Source: a virus. From it: DNA of 64,000 nucleotides. A model generated the notes under the pieces. The model ran no database searches, had not been told where the DNA came from, and saw only the letters and a list, made by a program, of their open reading frames with translations. Both the position numbers and the translations under genes were made by a program. The stretch spans positions 8,564 through 72,563 of the IMG/VR virus record IMGVR_UViG_3300045003_000166. One strand, given 5' to 3'. Positions 47,303-56,282 of the stretch are shown one piece after another (positions within the stretch are counted from its first letter, which is position 1; every line of letters starts with the position of its first letter).

Positions 47303-49024
47303 GTGAGTACGAAGACCGTCCCCCGGCCCGGGTACCTGGATGGTGCCACCGCCGAGAACTTCAGCCTCGACGCGTACCTGTCCCGGTTCGACCCGCGCCT
47401 GCTCGCCTCCCCCGAAGGCCGGCGCGCCCTCACGCGCCTGGACCCGCTGCTGTGGGCGGTGGTCTACTTCCGCCACCACCTGGTGGGTGACGCCACCGGC
47501 GGCTACGTCGAACACCAGGAACCCGAGCTCGACTTCGATCCGGACCCGGTGGTCCCGCCCTCGGCCGAGGTGGCGAAGCACGCCGCCAAGCAGTGGCTGG
47601 ACAAGGTCACCTTCGCCGACCCGCACCTGGACTGGTGCCGCCAGGCCCGGCGCTGGATCAAGCGCTCCACCCGCCCCCGGCAGTACCGCGACGCCTACAT
47701 CGCGCCCCGCGAGCTCGGCAAGAGCACCTGGTTCTTCCTCATCCTGCCGATGTGGGCGGCGGCCCACGGCCACAAGAAGTTCATCGCCGCCTTCTCCGAC
47801 TCGTCCGGCCAGGCCGAGACCCACCTGCAGACCTTCAAGCACGAGCTCGAGACCAACGCCCTGCTGCGGCACGACTTCGAGGACCTGTGCACCGCGGCCG
47901 TCCGTAACCGCGGCGTGTCCATGCAGGACACCAAGGGCATGTACATCGCCAAGTCCGGCTTCGTCTTCTCCGCCAAGGGCATCGACACCAGCTCGCTGGG
48001 CCTGAAAGTCGGGAACCTGCGCCCGGACCTCCTGCTGCTCGACGACGTCGAGCCGGGTGAGGACAAGTACTCGGACTACCAGGCCGAAGGCCGGCTGAAG
48101 ACGATCCAGGACGTCATCTTCCCGCTGTCCGAGTACGCCCGCGTGGTGATCGTCGGCACGGTGACGATGCCCGGCTCAATCATCCACCAGCTGGTCAAGA
48201 GCGTGACCGAGTCCGGCGAGGAGCCGGAGGCGTGGATCGCCGAGCAGAACCTGCGCGTCCACTACTACCCGCCGATCATCACCCGGCCCGACGGCACCGA
48301 GCGCTCGATCTGGCCGGCCAAGTGGTCGCTCGCGTTCCTGAACGCCATCCGGCACACGCGCTCGTACCTGAAGAACTTCGCCAACTCCCCGCTGGGCGCC
48401 GACGGCGACTACTGGACGCTCGACGACTTCGAATACGGCGCCCTGCCCGGCTGTACGCGCGTTCTGCTGTCCGTCGACCCGGCGGTGACCACGGCGAAGA
48501 AGTCGGACTACACCGGGATCGCGGTGGTCGCCTGGCAGCCTCCCCCGCTGCGGGGCGAGTCCGTGCCGCAGGACGACGTCGAGGCGGTGCGCCGGCAGAT
48601 CGTCGGGCGCCTGGGCCTGTGCGAGGTCAGGCACGCCGAGCAGGTAAAGCTCACCGGCTCGGCGCTGCGGGCCAAGATCCTGAAGCTGCTCGAGCAGTAC
48701 CCGGAGATCGGCCTGGTGATCGTCGAAGACAACCAGGGTAAGGACCTGTGGCTCGACATCCTGCACCACCTGCCGGTCAAACTGCAGTGCTTCGAGCAGA
48801 GCGTGAAGAAGGAGGTGCGCGCGGCCGAGCTGCTCGCCCACTACCAACGCGGCCGGGTCAAGCACATCAGGAGGCTCGGCGCGCTGGAGGAGCAGATGGT
48901 GGCGTTCCCGAAGGGGAGCCACGACGACATGGTCGACGCCGTCGGCTCGGCGGTCTGCCGGTTCCTGAAAAGGCAAGACCCTGCGACGCGCAAGCCGCAG
49001 GGCCGGTCTGTCGTCTATGCCTGA
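47303..49024 (+). CDS. terL: terminase large subunit
   Basis: APRELGKST Walker A; LLLLDDVE Walker B; SVDPA…SDYTG; FPKGSHDDMVDA nuclease. Confidence 0.93.
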   Translation: MSTKTVPRPGYLDGATAENFSLDAYLSRFDPRLLASPEGRRALTRLDPLLWAVVYFRHHLVGDATGGYVEHQEPELDFDPDPVVPPSAEVAKHAAKQWLDKVTFADPHLDWCRQARRWIKRSTRPRQYRDAYIAPRELGKSTWFFLILPMWAAAHGHKKFIAAFSDSSGQAETHLQTFKHELETNALLRHDFEDLCTAAVRNRGVSMQDTKGMYIAKSGFVFSAKGIDTSSLGLKVGNLRPDLLLLDDVEPGEDKYSDYQAEGRLKTIQDVIFPLSEYARVVIVGTVTMPGSIIHQLVKSVTESGEEPEAWIAEQNLRVHYYPPIITRPDGTERSIWPAKWSLAFLNAIRHTRSYLKNFANSPLGADGDYWTLDDFEYGALPGCTRVLLSVDPAVTTAKKSDYTGIAVVAWQPPPLRGESVPQDDVEAVRRQIVGRLGLCEVRHAEQVKLTGSALRAKILKLLEQYPEIGLVIVEDNQGKDLWLDILHHLPVKLQCFEQSVKKEVRAAELLAHYQRGRVKHIRRLGALEEQMVAFPKGSHDDMVDAVGSAVCRFLKRQDPATRKPQGRSVVYA

Positions 49025-50292
49025 TGCGGGATGAATGGAATGACGGGAGCGGGCAACGTGGCCGGGTCGACGTGCTCGGTCGGTTCGTCTGGCGGGGTGA
49101 GGATCTTCGTTCCCGGCTCGTGCAGCGGCATTGGACCGTCGTCGGGGTTCGGTGCCTTTTCGCACTCGGTGCTCGTGGTTCCGGCGATGCCGTAGTTGGT
49201 CCATACGTCCTCGGCCGTGTTCCGGCGCAGGATCCGTTTGCAGTGCTTGCATGTGGTCAGTTGCGGGAACTTCTCCGGCTCGGTCATCGTGCCTCCTTGC
49301 GTCGGACGATCTTGATAACTGGCGGGGTCCACAGCGGAGCGTGCTTGCACTTCTCCCGGCCCTTGTCGCACTCCGTCAGGTGGTCCTCGCGCAGCACCTC
49401 CACCCAGGTGTGGAACGCGGCCCAGGCCGTCTTGTGCGTGCCGAAGACCTGCCAGGTGTCCTCGGAGTCGTAGTCGTTCGCGACGATGACGAACGGATGC
49501 TCGTGCTCGCCCATCGGGATCAGGCGGTGGAGCTCGACGAATCGGGCGTACTCATCCGGGATCGCGTACTCGGCCTCGATCCGGTGCGTCGCCTCGCTGG
49601 CGAGCAGGCTGGCGACGCCCGGATCGACTGGTGCTTCGGTTTCGGGGTACTCGGCGACGATCATGAGGCGACCCATTCCGACGTGCAGATGCTGCACAAG
49701 GACGTGTAGTTCGGGTTGTCGGCGAGTTTGGCGGGAGGCAGTCCGCAATGGCGGTCGTGGACCATGTCGAGTGTCCATGCCAGGCAGTCGTGCCGGTAAA
49801 GATCACCGCTCACCCACGACCACACGCGTCCGAAGCGATCGACGACGTCGGGGTGTTCAGCGCGCTCCACTTCAGCCAGGGCAGCGCGTGCAGTCTGCCA
49901 CTCGCGCACGAGCAGACTTGCAGGTCCGTCTTGCGTGGTTTTTGTCTCGATCTCAGTGAAAGCGGCAATCATGCGGCGACCTCTTCCGGGATGAACTCGT
50001 GCGCGAACCCGTCGGTGTCCTTGTGCCGCTTCAACAGCCACGCGATGTCACGGTCCGGCTCGCGCCGCCAGGGCCGCGTCTGCTCACGCATCCAGTCGTG
50101 CCAGTGCACCTTCGGCGCCTTCGGGGCACGACTGCCGGTGGCCTTGTACATGGGCAGAATCGTGACCGTGTGGAGCGGCTCGAGCTGCCAGTCCTTGCCC
50201 CAGCCGCGGCCGGGCAGGCGGAACTGGTCGACGATCTCCTTCGGCAGTTCTTCCTGTCCGCGGATCTGACCGCTCCAGTCCAGCGTTGCCAT
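49015..50292 (-). other. cluster of four small antisense ORFs between terminase and portal
   Basis: ORFs ending at 49015, 49284, 49661 and 49969 are ATGA-coupled, behind operator-promoter 50344-50358. Confidence 0.55.
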
Positions 50293-50377
50293 CGTCTCTC
50301 CCCTGTCCGGTTCCCTGCCGACACCTCCATTGTCCTGCGCGATGTGACTATATGTCAAGACAGAACCCGTAAATAAA

Positions 50378-50415
50378 GGCCGCCCGCGGACTGGGGGGAT
50401 AGTCCACGGGCGGCC
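50378..50415 (-). terminator. intrinsic terminator after tRNA
   Basis: GGCCGCCCG(T)GGACT / AGTCC(G)CGGGCGGCC stem followed by TTTATTT on the minus strand. Confidence 0.75.
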
Positions 50416-50519
50416 CGGCTCGGCACCCGACAGGCGCTCGGGGGTTCGCCTGTGCAACAACGGGCGCCGGTTACGCGCTCGACGCCGCAGCGTTGCCAAA
50501 TACCGACGGCGGAGCGCGG

Positions 50520-50593
50520 TCCCGGGAACAGGATTTGAACCTGTGACCAGGGCTTGATAAGAGCCCCGCTCTACCTGGCTGAGCTACCCCGGG
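50520..50593 (-). tRNA. tRNA-Ile with UAU anticodon (atypical C37)
   Basis: CCCGGGG TA GCTC…GAGC G GGGCT CT-TAT-CA AGCCC TGGTC ACAGG TTCAAAT CCTGT TCCCGGG A. Confidence 0.85.
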
Positions 50594-50754
50594 TGGGAGA
50601 GGCCGGGCCGTCCTAGTCCCGGTCCGGCCTCTGCGTCCATGATGCGCAGACACGTGACTATCTGTCAACCCGTCCGCGAAACCGGTCCTTATCGCCAGAA
50701 GGCGTAGGGGTCGCTACCCTTGGACAAGTAGTTGATATTCAAGGGAGGACGTGC

Positions 50755-52431
50755 GTGGCCAAGGGGCAGCAGCGAGCCGCCAACCCCGACCTGATGGTGG
50801 GGTTGCAGCAGCTCGCCAACGGGCTGCCCGACTACCACCGCGCAGAGATGTACTACGAGTGCACCATGCCGGAGTTTTTCGCCAGCATCCGGCTGCGGCG
50901 CGCGCTCGAGCGCACCGGTGTCTCCTTCCGCTTCAACCTCGCCTCCACCCCGGTCGATGTCATGGCGGACCGGCTGGAGATCGCCTCCCTCACCTGCCCC
51001 CAGGATGAGCAGGCCGACAACGCGCTGCAGGCGATCTGGCAGCACAACCTCATGGACCTGACGGCCGCGTCGATGCACCTGCGGGCCGGCGAATTCGGCG
51101 ACGCCTACGCGATCGTCTGGCCGTCCGCCCCCGAGCCGGACGAGGACGACGAAGGCGACGACGCCGGGAACGGGGCCAACGACGCCGCGATCGAGCAGTC
51201 CCGCCGCGCGCTCTCCCAGCGCGGCAGCTCGGCGTTCGCCACACGCGGCGTGCACCAGGTGCCGGACGACGTGGACACCGACGTCGACATCTTCTACAAC
51301 TCAGCGAAGACGACCCGGATCATCTACGACGCCGACAACCCGCGGGTGAAGCGGTTCGCGATCAAGAAGTGGACCGAGCCCGCCCCCCTGGGTTCGAAGG
51401 CGAAGCCGCAGACCCGGGTCAACCTCTACTACCGCGGCCGGATCGAGAAGTACATCTCGGCGCCCAACTCGAAGGGCAACCAGCTCAAGGACTGGCTGCG
51501 CTACGAGGACCCGGAGGACGGCGGCTGGCCGATCGAGAACCCGTTCGGCGAAATCCCGGTATTCCACTTCCGCACCGAGATGCCGTACGGGTCGCCCGAG
51601 CACCGCGGCGCGTACGGGCCGCAGGACGCCATCAACAAGCTGATGATCACGCAGATGGCGACCATCGACTACCACGGCTTCCCGCAGCGCTACGTGATCG
51701 CCGACCCGGGCAACATGAGCGACGAGCTCGCCGACTTCGACACCGACGACGACATCAACCGCTTCGAGGACACCGGCCACGACTCCACCCTGCGCTCCGG
51801 CCCGGGTGAAGTCTGGTGGCTCAACGGCGTGCGCCAGGCCGGCCAGTTCAACCCGCCCAACCCCGAGGTGTTCCTGCAGCCGCTGGACACCTACACCCGG
51901 ATGATGGCGCAGATCACTCGCACGCCGCTGCACTACTTCGATCCCCAGGTCTACAGCCGGTACGCGCCGTCCGGCGAGTCGATCCGGGCGAGCGAGGTGC
52001 CGCTGCTGAAGAAGGTGCGCAAGCGCCAGATCGCGTACGGATCGGCGTGGCTGGAAATCTTCCGCTTCGCCCTGAAGGTGGCCGGCATCACCACCGACCC
52101 GGCGCTGGATCTGCGCTGGGTACCGGCGGCCACGATCGACGACCAGGTCGGCTGGGCGATGATCATGCAGAAGCAGCAGGCCGGCGTCCCCGTCCGGCAG
52201 ACGCTGCTGGAAGCCGGCTACGACCCGGACATGGTGGACTCCTGGCTGGTGAACGGCGAAGGCCTCGAGCAGCGGGTGAACCTCCTGTCCAAGATCGCCA
52301 CCGCCGCCCAGGCGCTGGGTACCGCGACCGGGTTCGGCGTGCTCGAGCCGACCGACGTCAACAAGGTGATCATGAGCGTGCTCGAGCTTGACGACAAGAC
52401 ACAACCCGAACTCACCGTGGGGACGGCGTGA
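50755..52431 (+). CDS. portal protein (SPP1 gp6-like)
   Basis: YYE…FNLASTPVDVMADRL; FGDAYAIVW; NPFGEIPVFHF; QDAINK; PSGESIR. Confidence 0.92.
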   Translation: MAKGQQRAANPDLMVGLQQLANGLPDYHRAEMYYECTMPEFFASIRLRRALERTGVSFRFNLASTPVDVMADRLEIASLTCPQDEQADNALQAIWQHNLMDLTAASMHLRAGEFGDAYAIVWPSAPEPDEDDEGDDAGNGANDAAIEQSRRALSQRGSSAFATRGVHQVPDDVDTDVDIFYNSAKTTRIIYDADNPRVKRFAIKKWTEPAPLGSKAKPQTRVNLYYRGRIEKYISAPNSKGNQLKDWLRYEDPEDGGWPIENPFGEIPVFHFRTEMPYGSPEHRGAYGPQDAINKLMITQMATIDYHGFPQRYVIADPGNMSDELADFDTDDDINRFEDTGHDSTLRSGPGEVWWLNGVRQAGQFNPPNPEVFLQPLDTYTRMMAQITRTPLHYFDPQVYSRYAPSGESIRASEVPLLKKVRKRQIAYGSAWLEIFRFALKVAGITTDPALDLRWVPAATIDDQVGWAMIMQKQQAGVPVRQTLLEAGYDPDMVDSWLVNGEGLEQRVNLLSKIATAAQALGTATGFGVLEPTDVNKVIMSVLELDDKTQPELTVGTA

Positions 52432-52643
52432 TGGCAGGCAAGAAGGCCGCGGCGAAGAAGGTGCCCGCGAAGAAGACCGCCGTCCCGGCGAACATCGCCA
52501 AGGGCGCTCGGGTGAAAGACCCGAAGGGCAAGACCGGTGTCGTCACCTCGGTCACCGGCCAGATCGCGAAGGTGAAGCACGACGACGGCACCACCGACAC
52601 CCACCCGCTCGGCGCTCTGTCCCCCGCCACCCGCGACAAGTAA
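52428..52643 (+). CDS. small basic KOW/SH3-like protein
   Basis: AKGARVKDPKGKTGVVTSVTGQIAKVKHDDG. Confidence 0.55.
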   Translation: MMAGKKAAAKKVPAKKTAVPANIAKGARVKDPKGKTGVVTSVTGQIAKVKHDDGTTDTHPLGALSPATRDK

Positions 52644-52653
52644 GGACACGGAC

Positions 52654-52872
52654 ATGACGATGAGCAAGCCCGCCCGGGCGACGGTGAAGCCGACCGCGCA
52701 CGGGTACCCGGCCGTGAAGAAGGCACGCGCCGTACCCGCCATGCGCACCGACGCGCTCGGCCGGGCGAAGGCGAAGGCCCCGATGGGTGGTTCGCCCGCC
52801 GACCACGTGGTCGCCCCGCCGATCGCCGCGCGCACCGTGGACAGCAAGACCATGGGCAAGCGCCTGAAGTGA
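52654..52872 (+). CDS. small basic hypothetical protein
   Basis: RBS AAGGA; GTGA overlap with next gene. Confidence 0.5.
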   Translation: MTMSKPARATVKPTAHGYPAVKKARAVPAMRTDALGRAKAKAPMGGSPADHVVAPPIAARTVDSKTMGKRLK

Positions 52873-54779
52873 GCACGGACCCGGGCCAGGGATCGGGCGC
52901 GCCCGATTCCTTCGGCCCGGTCACCGACGCCGTCTTCGCAGCCACCGCCGCCTACACCGCCGACCTGGCCGCGCTGGAGGACCAGGCCGCGGCGGTTGCC
53001 GCGGGCCCTCTGCGCAACGGAGTCGCCGAGTTGTTGCGGCGCCTGACAGCCCTGTACGCGCGCTTGGCCGGATCACTTGACGCCCCGCTGCCCGTGTCCG
53101 CCGTCCCGCAGCTGCAGCAGGAGACCGCCGCGGCGCTGAACGCATTGCGCGCCCTCGACCCGACGCAGGCGATCGCCGACTCCGCCTCACAGGCCTACCA
53201 CCGCGCCGCGGCGTTCGGGCAAGAGCAGGTGGGCGCGGTCGCCGTCGACCAGCTGCCCGGCGCGCAGGCGGACGGCGCGCTCATCCAGGCCCTCGACGAC
53301 ATCGCCGGCACATTCTCCTCCCGGATCGACGAGGCCCAGCAGATCGCGCAGACGGTCGCAACCCTCGACTACCAATCCGCTGTCCTGGACACCGCGGCGA
53401 AGGCGGGCCAGGCGGCCGGCCGGGCGGAGGCCGCGGCCCGCTGGTCGGTGAACCGCGGCGGCAACGCCGGGATGCGCGACGTCGCCCGGCAGCGCGGCAG
53501 CTTCCTGCTCTGGGTGGGCGAGCCGACCGCGTGCCTGGCGTGTGTCGCGTACGTCGGCCACTTCGTCGTCCCCGGCCAGTCGTTCCCGATCGGGCTGACG
53601 TGGGGCGACAAGCCTCTGACGCCGTGGCCGGACCCGGATGTGCTCGACGGTCCGCCGCTGCACGCGAACTGCCTACCTGGAGACGCCCTCGTAACGTCCC
53701 GTAGTCGAATTACGGGTGCGACCTCTCGGGTATACAACGGTGAGCTCGTCGAAATCAGAACTCTGGCAAACAAAGTCTTCACCGCTACCCCCAACCATCC
53801 GGTATTGACGGACCGCGGTTGGGTCGCGCTCGGCTGCCTCGATAAGGGAAGCCACGTGGTCGGCACCCTCGGCAGTGAAGGGGTAGTGCTTCGAGACCAG
53901 AATGATCACCACGTGCCAACCCGCATCAAGCAGGTAGCGGAAGCGTTTTTGGGCTCGGGCCACGTGGTCTCCCGAGAAGTGCCAGTGGCCGCCGAAGACT
54001 TCCACGGCGACGGTACCGGTAGCGAGGTCGCAGTTGTAGGGACCAATCGCCTTTTGCGGCGTGGTCTCGATCCCTCGCTCCGAAAGCACCCTGCGGAGAT
54101 GGTGCTCGAGCGGGCTGGAGTGCGATTGCCGTCGTTCTCTCGTCCTCGCGCTGCGGAGCAGTTCACCCTCAGTCCTCTTTCGTCCGCGGACTGCAGCATG
54201 GGCCGCTTCCGCCAGACGAGCACGCTCGAGAGCGGGAGTCTGAGCCATGCGTACGTACATGGCTTCACTACGCCCTCGGGGTTCGACTCCTTGTTCCAGC
54301 AGGAAGCGATGGATTGTCCGTCGGCTGACTCCGCTGACTTCGGCCAGTGCCTTCTCGCTGGTTCCAGTGGCGTAGAGCTCGATCAGGTCATCAGCGTTCG
54401 CCGGTACCCATTTTCGGGACATGTCTACAACCTTGAGACGGAGGCAGGATGGTACATCAGCAATGGAATTGTAACCCATAACTGCCGGTGTGAGCTGATC
54501 ACCTGGCTGGGGCCGGCCGCCCTGCACCCGGTGGACACCGCGATCTACCACCGGCCCGAGCTGCAGGGGAACGTCGACCTGGCCGCGGCGATGCGCCGGG
54601 AGGCGAAGCGCGCCGTCCTGCGCGGCTGGTCGCTGCCCAGCGAGTCGGAGGCGGTGCGGCTGCGCGGAGCCGAGCGGCTGCTGCGCGCCGGGTCCGGACT
54701 GCCGAAGACGGTGGAGGCGCGGGCCCGCAAGGCGGTCAAGGACAGGCACTTCCCCGATCGCCGTCATGTCAATATCTGA
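52869..54779 (+). CDS. MuF/gp7-like minor head protein containing an intein
   Basis: ACLAC…PPLHAN|CRC motif interrupted by an intein; located between portal and scaffold. Confidence 0.85.
   Translation: MSTDPGQGSGAPDSFGPVTDAVFAATAAYTADLAALEDQAAAVAAGPLRNGVAELLRRLTALYARLAGSLDAPLPVSAVPQLQQETAAALNALRALDPTQAIADSASQAYHRAAAFGQEQVGAVAVDQLPGAQADGALIQALDDIAGTFSSRIDEAQQIAQTVATLDYQSAVLDTAAKAGQAAGRAEAAARWSVNRGGNAGMRDVARQRGSFLLWVGEPTACLACVAYVGHFVVPGQSFPIGLTWGDKPLTPWPDPDVLDGPPLHANCLPGDALVTSRSRITGATSRVYNGELVEIRTLANKVFTATPNHPVLTDRGWVALGCLDKGSHVVGTLGSEGVVLRDQNDHHVPTRIKQVAEAFLGSGHVVSREVPVAAEDFHGDGTGSEVAVVGTNRLLRRGLDPSLRKHPAEMVLERAGVRLPSFSRPRAAEQFTLSPLSSADCSMGRFRQTSTLESGSLSHAYVHGFTTPSGFDSLFQQEAMDCPSADSADFGQCLLAGSSGVELDQVISVRRYPFSGHVYNLETEAGWYISNGIVTHNCRCELITWLGPAALHPVDTAIYHRPELQGNVDLAAAMRREAKRAVLRGWSLPSESEAVRLRGAERLLRAGSGLPKTVEARARKAVKDRHFPDRRHVNI
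53670..54482 (+). mobile_element. intein (271 aa)
   Basis: Block A CLPGDALV; block B TPNHPVLT; block F VYNLET; block G NGIVTHN followed by Cys+1; lower GC than flanks. Confidence 0.92.
53673..54422 (-). CDS. HTH + DUF559/Vsr-like endonuclease encoded antisense inside the intein
   Basis: LIELYATGTSEKALAEVSGVSRRTIHRFL HTH; SPLE…Q…IGPYNCDL…AVEVFGGHWH…LLDAGWHVVII; AAGG upstream of ATG. Confidence 0.8.
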   Translation of the reverse strand: MSRKWVPANADDLIELYATGTSEKALAEVSGVSRRTIHRFLLEQGVEPRGRSEAMYVRMAQTPALERARLAEAAHAAVRGRKRTEGELLRSARTRERRQSHSSPLEHHLRRVLSERGIETTPQKAIGPYNCDLATGTVAVEVFGGHWHFSGDHVARAQKRFRYLLDAGWHVVIILVSKHYPFTAEGADHVASLIEAAERDPTAVRQYRMVGGSGEDFVCQSSDFDELTVVYPRGRTRNSTTGRYEGVSR

Positions 54780-54834
54780 GCATCAAGTCCTATAGTTGAC
54801 GCAACGTCCCCGGACTCCGCGATGGAGGCTGTAC

Positions 54835-55557
54835 ATGCTGATCGAGAATCCCTTCGCCCCGCTCGGCTTCCTGGGCGACGGCACCGCGGTCTACCCCTTG
54901 GCCGGCGCCGAGCCGCAGGAGGGCGAACTCGAGATCGAACCCGAAGACGAGGGCGTCGAGACCGGCGACGAGCCGGAGGACGGCGCCGACGCAGAGCCGG
55001 GTGGCGACGACGAGAAGGAGAAGCTGCGCGAGGCGCTGCGCAAGGCGAACGGCGAGGCCCGCAAGTACCGGCTGCAGGTGCGCGAGATGCAGGCGAAAGC
55101 AGCCGAGGCCGCGGTCGAGGAGGTCGAGGAGGAGGCGGCGCAGACCGGCGCTGAGGTCACTCCCGCCCAACTCAAGCGCGCGGTGGACAAGGCTAAGGCC
55201 GACGCCACGAAGGCGGCCGAGATCAAGTACCGCAAGGTCGCCGTCAACGCCGCCGCCCAGTCCGAGTTCGTCAAGGCGGGCGCGAAGGCCGCGAACGTGG
55301 CCAAGCTGGTGCGCCTTCTCGACGTGGACGACGTGGACATCGACGCCGAGACCGGCGAGGTGACCGGCGGCCTGGCCGAGCAGATCGACGCCCTCAAGGA
55401 CGAGTTCCCGGAGCTGTTCACCCCGGCGGAGGCTGCGAAGCCGGCCAAGCGCGCGCCCGTCAAGCGCGCCGCGGCGGCGCCCCGCCAGGAGGCGGAGCCT
55501 CAGGCCCTCAGTTCGGCCGAGAAGATCGCACAGCAGCTGCTCGGCACCGGCCGCTGA
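54835..55557 (+). CDS. capsid scaffolding protein
   Basis: Acidic N-terminus, ALRKANGEARKYR coiled coil, LKDEFPELF; GGAGG RBS. Confidence 0.88.
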   Translation: MLIENPFAPLGFLGDGTAVYPLAGAEPQEGELEIEPEDEGVETGDEPEDGADAEPGGDDEKEKLREALRKANGEARKYRLQVREMQAKAAEAAVEEVEEEAAQTGAEVTPAQLKRAVDKAKADATKAAEIKYRKVAVNAAAQSEFVKAGAKAANVAKLVRLLDVDDVDIDAETGEVTGGLAEQIDALKDEFPELFTPAEAAKPAKRAPVKRAAAAPRQEAEPQALSSAEKIAQQLLGTGR

Positions 55558-55559
55558 CC

Positions 55560-55982
55560 GTGGCGCTGCGCATCAGCCGGTCGATGCGCGACCGGATCGT
55601 CACCGACTGCGTGTTGCGCCTGCCCCTGGAGGGCTGCGGCGTGGTGTCAGCGAAGGGCAGGTTCATCCCGCTGCCCAATGCCGCCAAGTCGCCCGAGCGC
55701 TTCGCCTTCGACCCGGCGCTGCAACTGCGCGTGTGGCAGGAGCTGGACGCCGTGGGCGACCGGGTGGCGATCGTCTACCACTCCCACCCGGACAGCGCTG
55801 CTCGCCCGTCGGCGACAGATGTCCTGCACGCCCGGCTCCATCCGGGTGTGCACCATGTCATCGTCGGCCCGGTCGCCCGTGAGCCGAGGGAGTTCACCTC
55901 CTGGCAGGTGTCGGATCGTCAGACACTGGCGCGCGAGGACGTCGAGATCCTCGACGCCCCGCTGCCCGAGGGCGTGTTCTGA
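55560..55982 (+). CDS. JAB/MPN (M67) metalloprotease
   Basis: PLEGCG; IVYHSHPDSAARPSATD = E…HxH-x7-S-x2-D JAMM motif. Confidence 0.9.
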   Translation: MALRISRSMRDRIVTDCVLRLPLEGCGVVSAKGRFIPLPNAAKSPERFAFDPALQLRVWQELDAVGDRVAIVYHSHPDSAARPSATDVLHARLHPGVHHVIVGPVAREPREFTSWQVSDRQTLAREDVEILDAPLPEGVF

Positions 55983-56282
55983 GGTGGCGTTCCTCGGCCC
56001 GTTCGGCGCCCTGCAGAGTGCGGTTCGGGCGCAGGACGCCCAGATCCGGGCCGGGCAGGCGCAACTGGACCGGTTGCGGCGCGCTGCCGCGGACGACGAT
56101 CTGACGACTGTGGCGAGCACTGGAATCCTGCACCGCCTAATCGCCCGCGTCGCCGGAAAGACACGGTAGTTCTGGTCTTGACAATCGTGCCGTGATACCG
56201 TCGAAGCGGCACGGACAGGTATCCGGCGCCGCGCTGGGTCCGCGATGGGCCGACAACCCCATCGGAACCTCACGCGAAGGCC

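Noticed and set aside
8552-50668. Recurring MTDSH/LTDSH/MTICQ peptide in many ORFs
   Set aside because: It is simply the translation of the TTGACAGATAGTCAC operator, not a protein motif; several ORF-track starts there are spurious.
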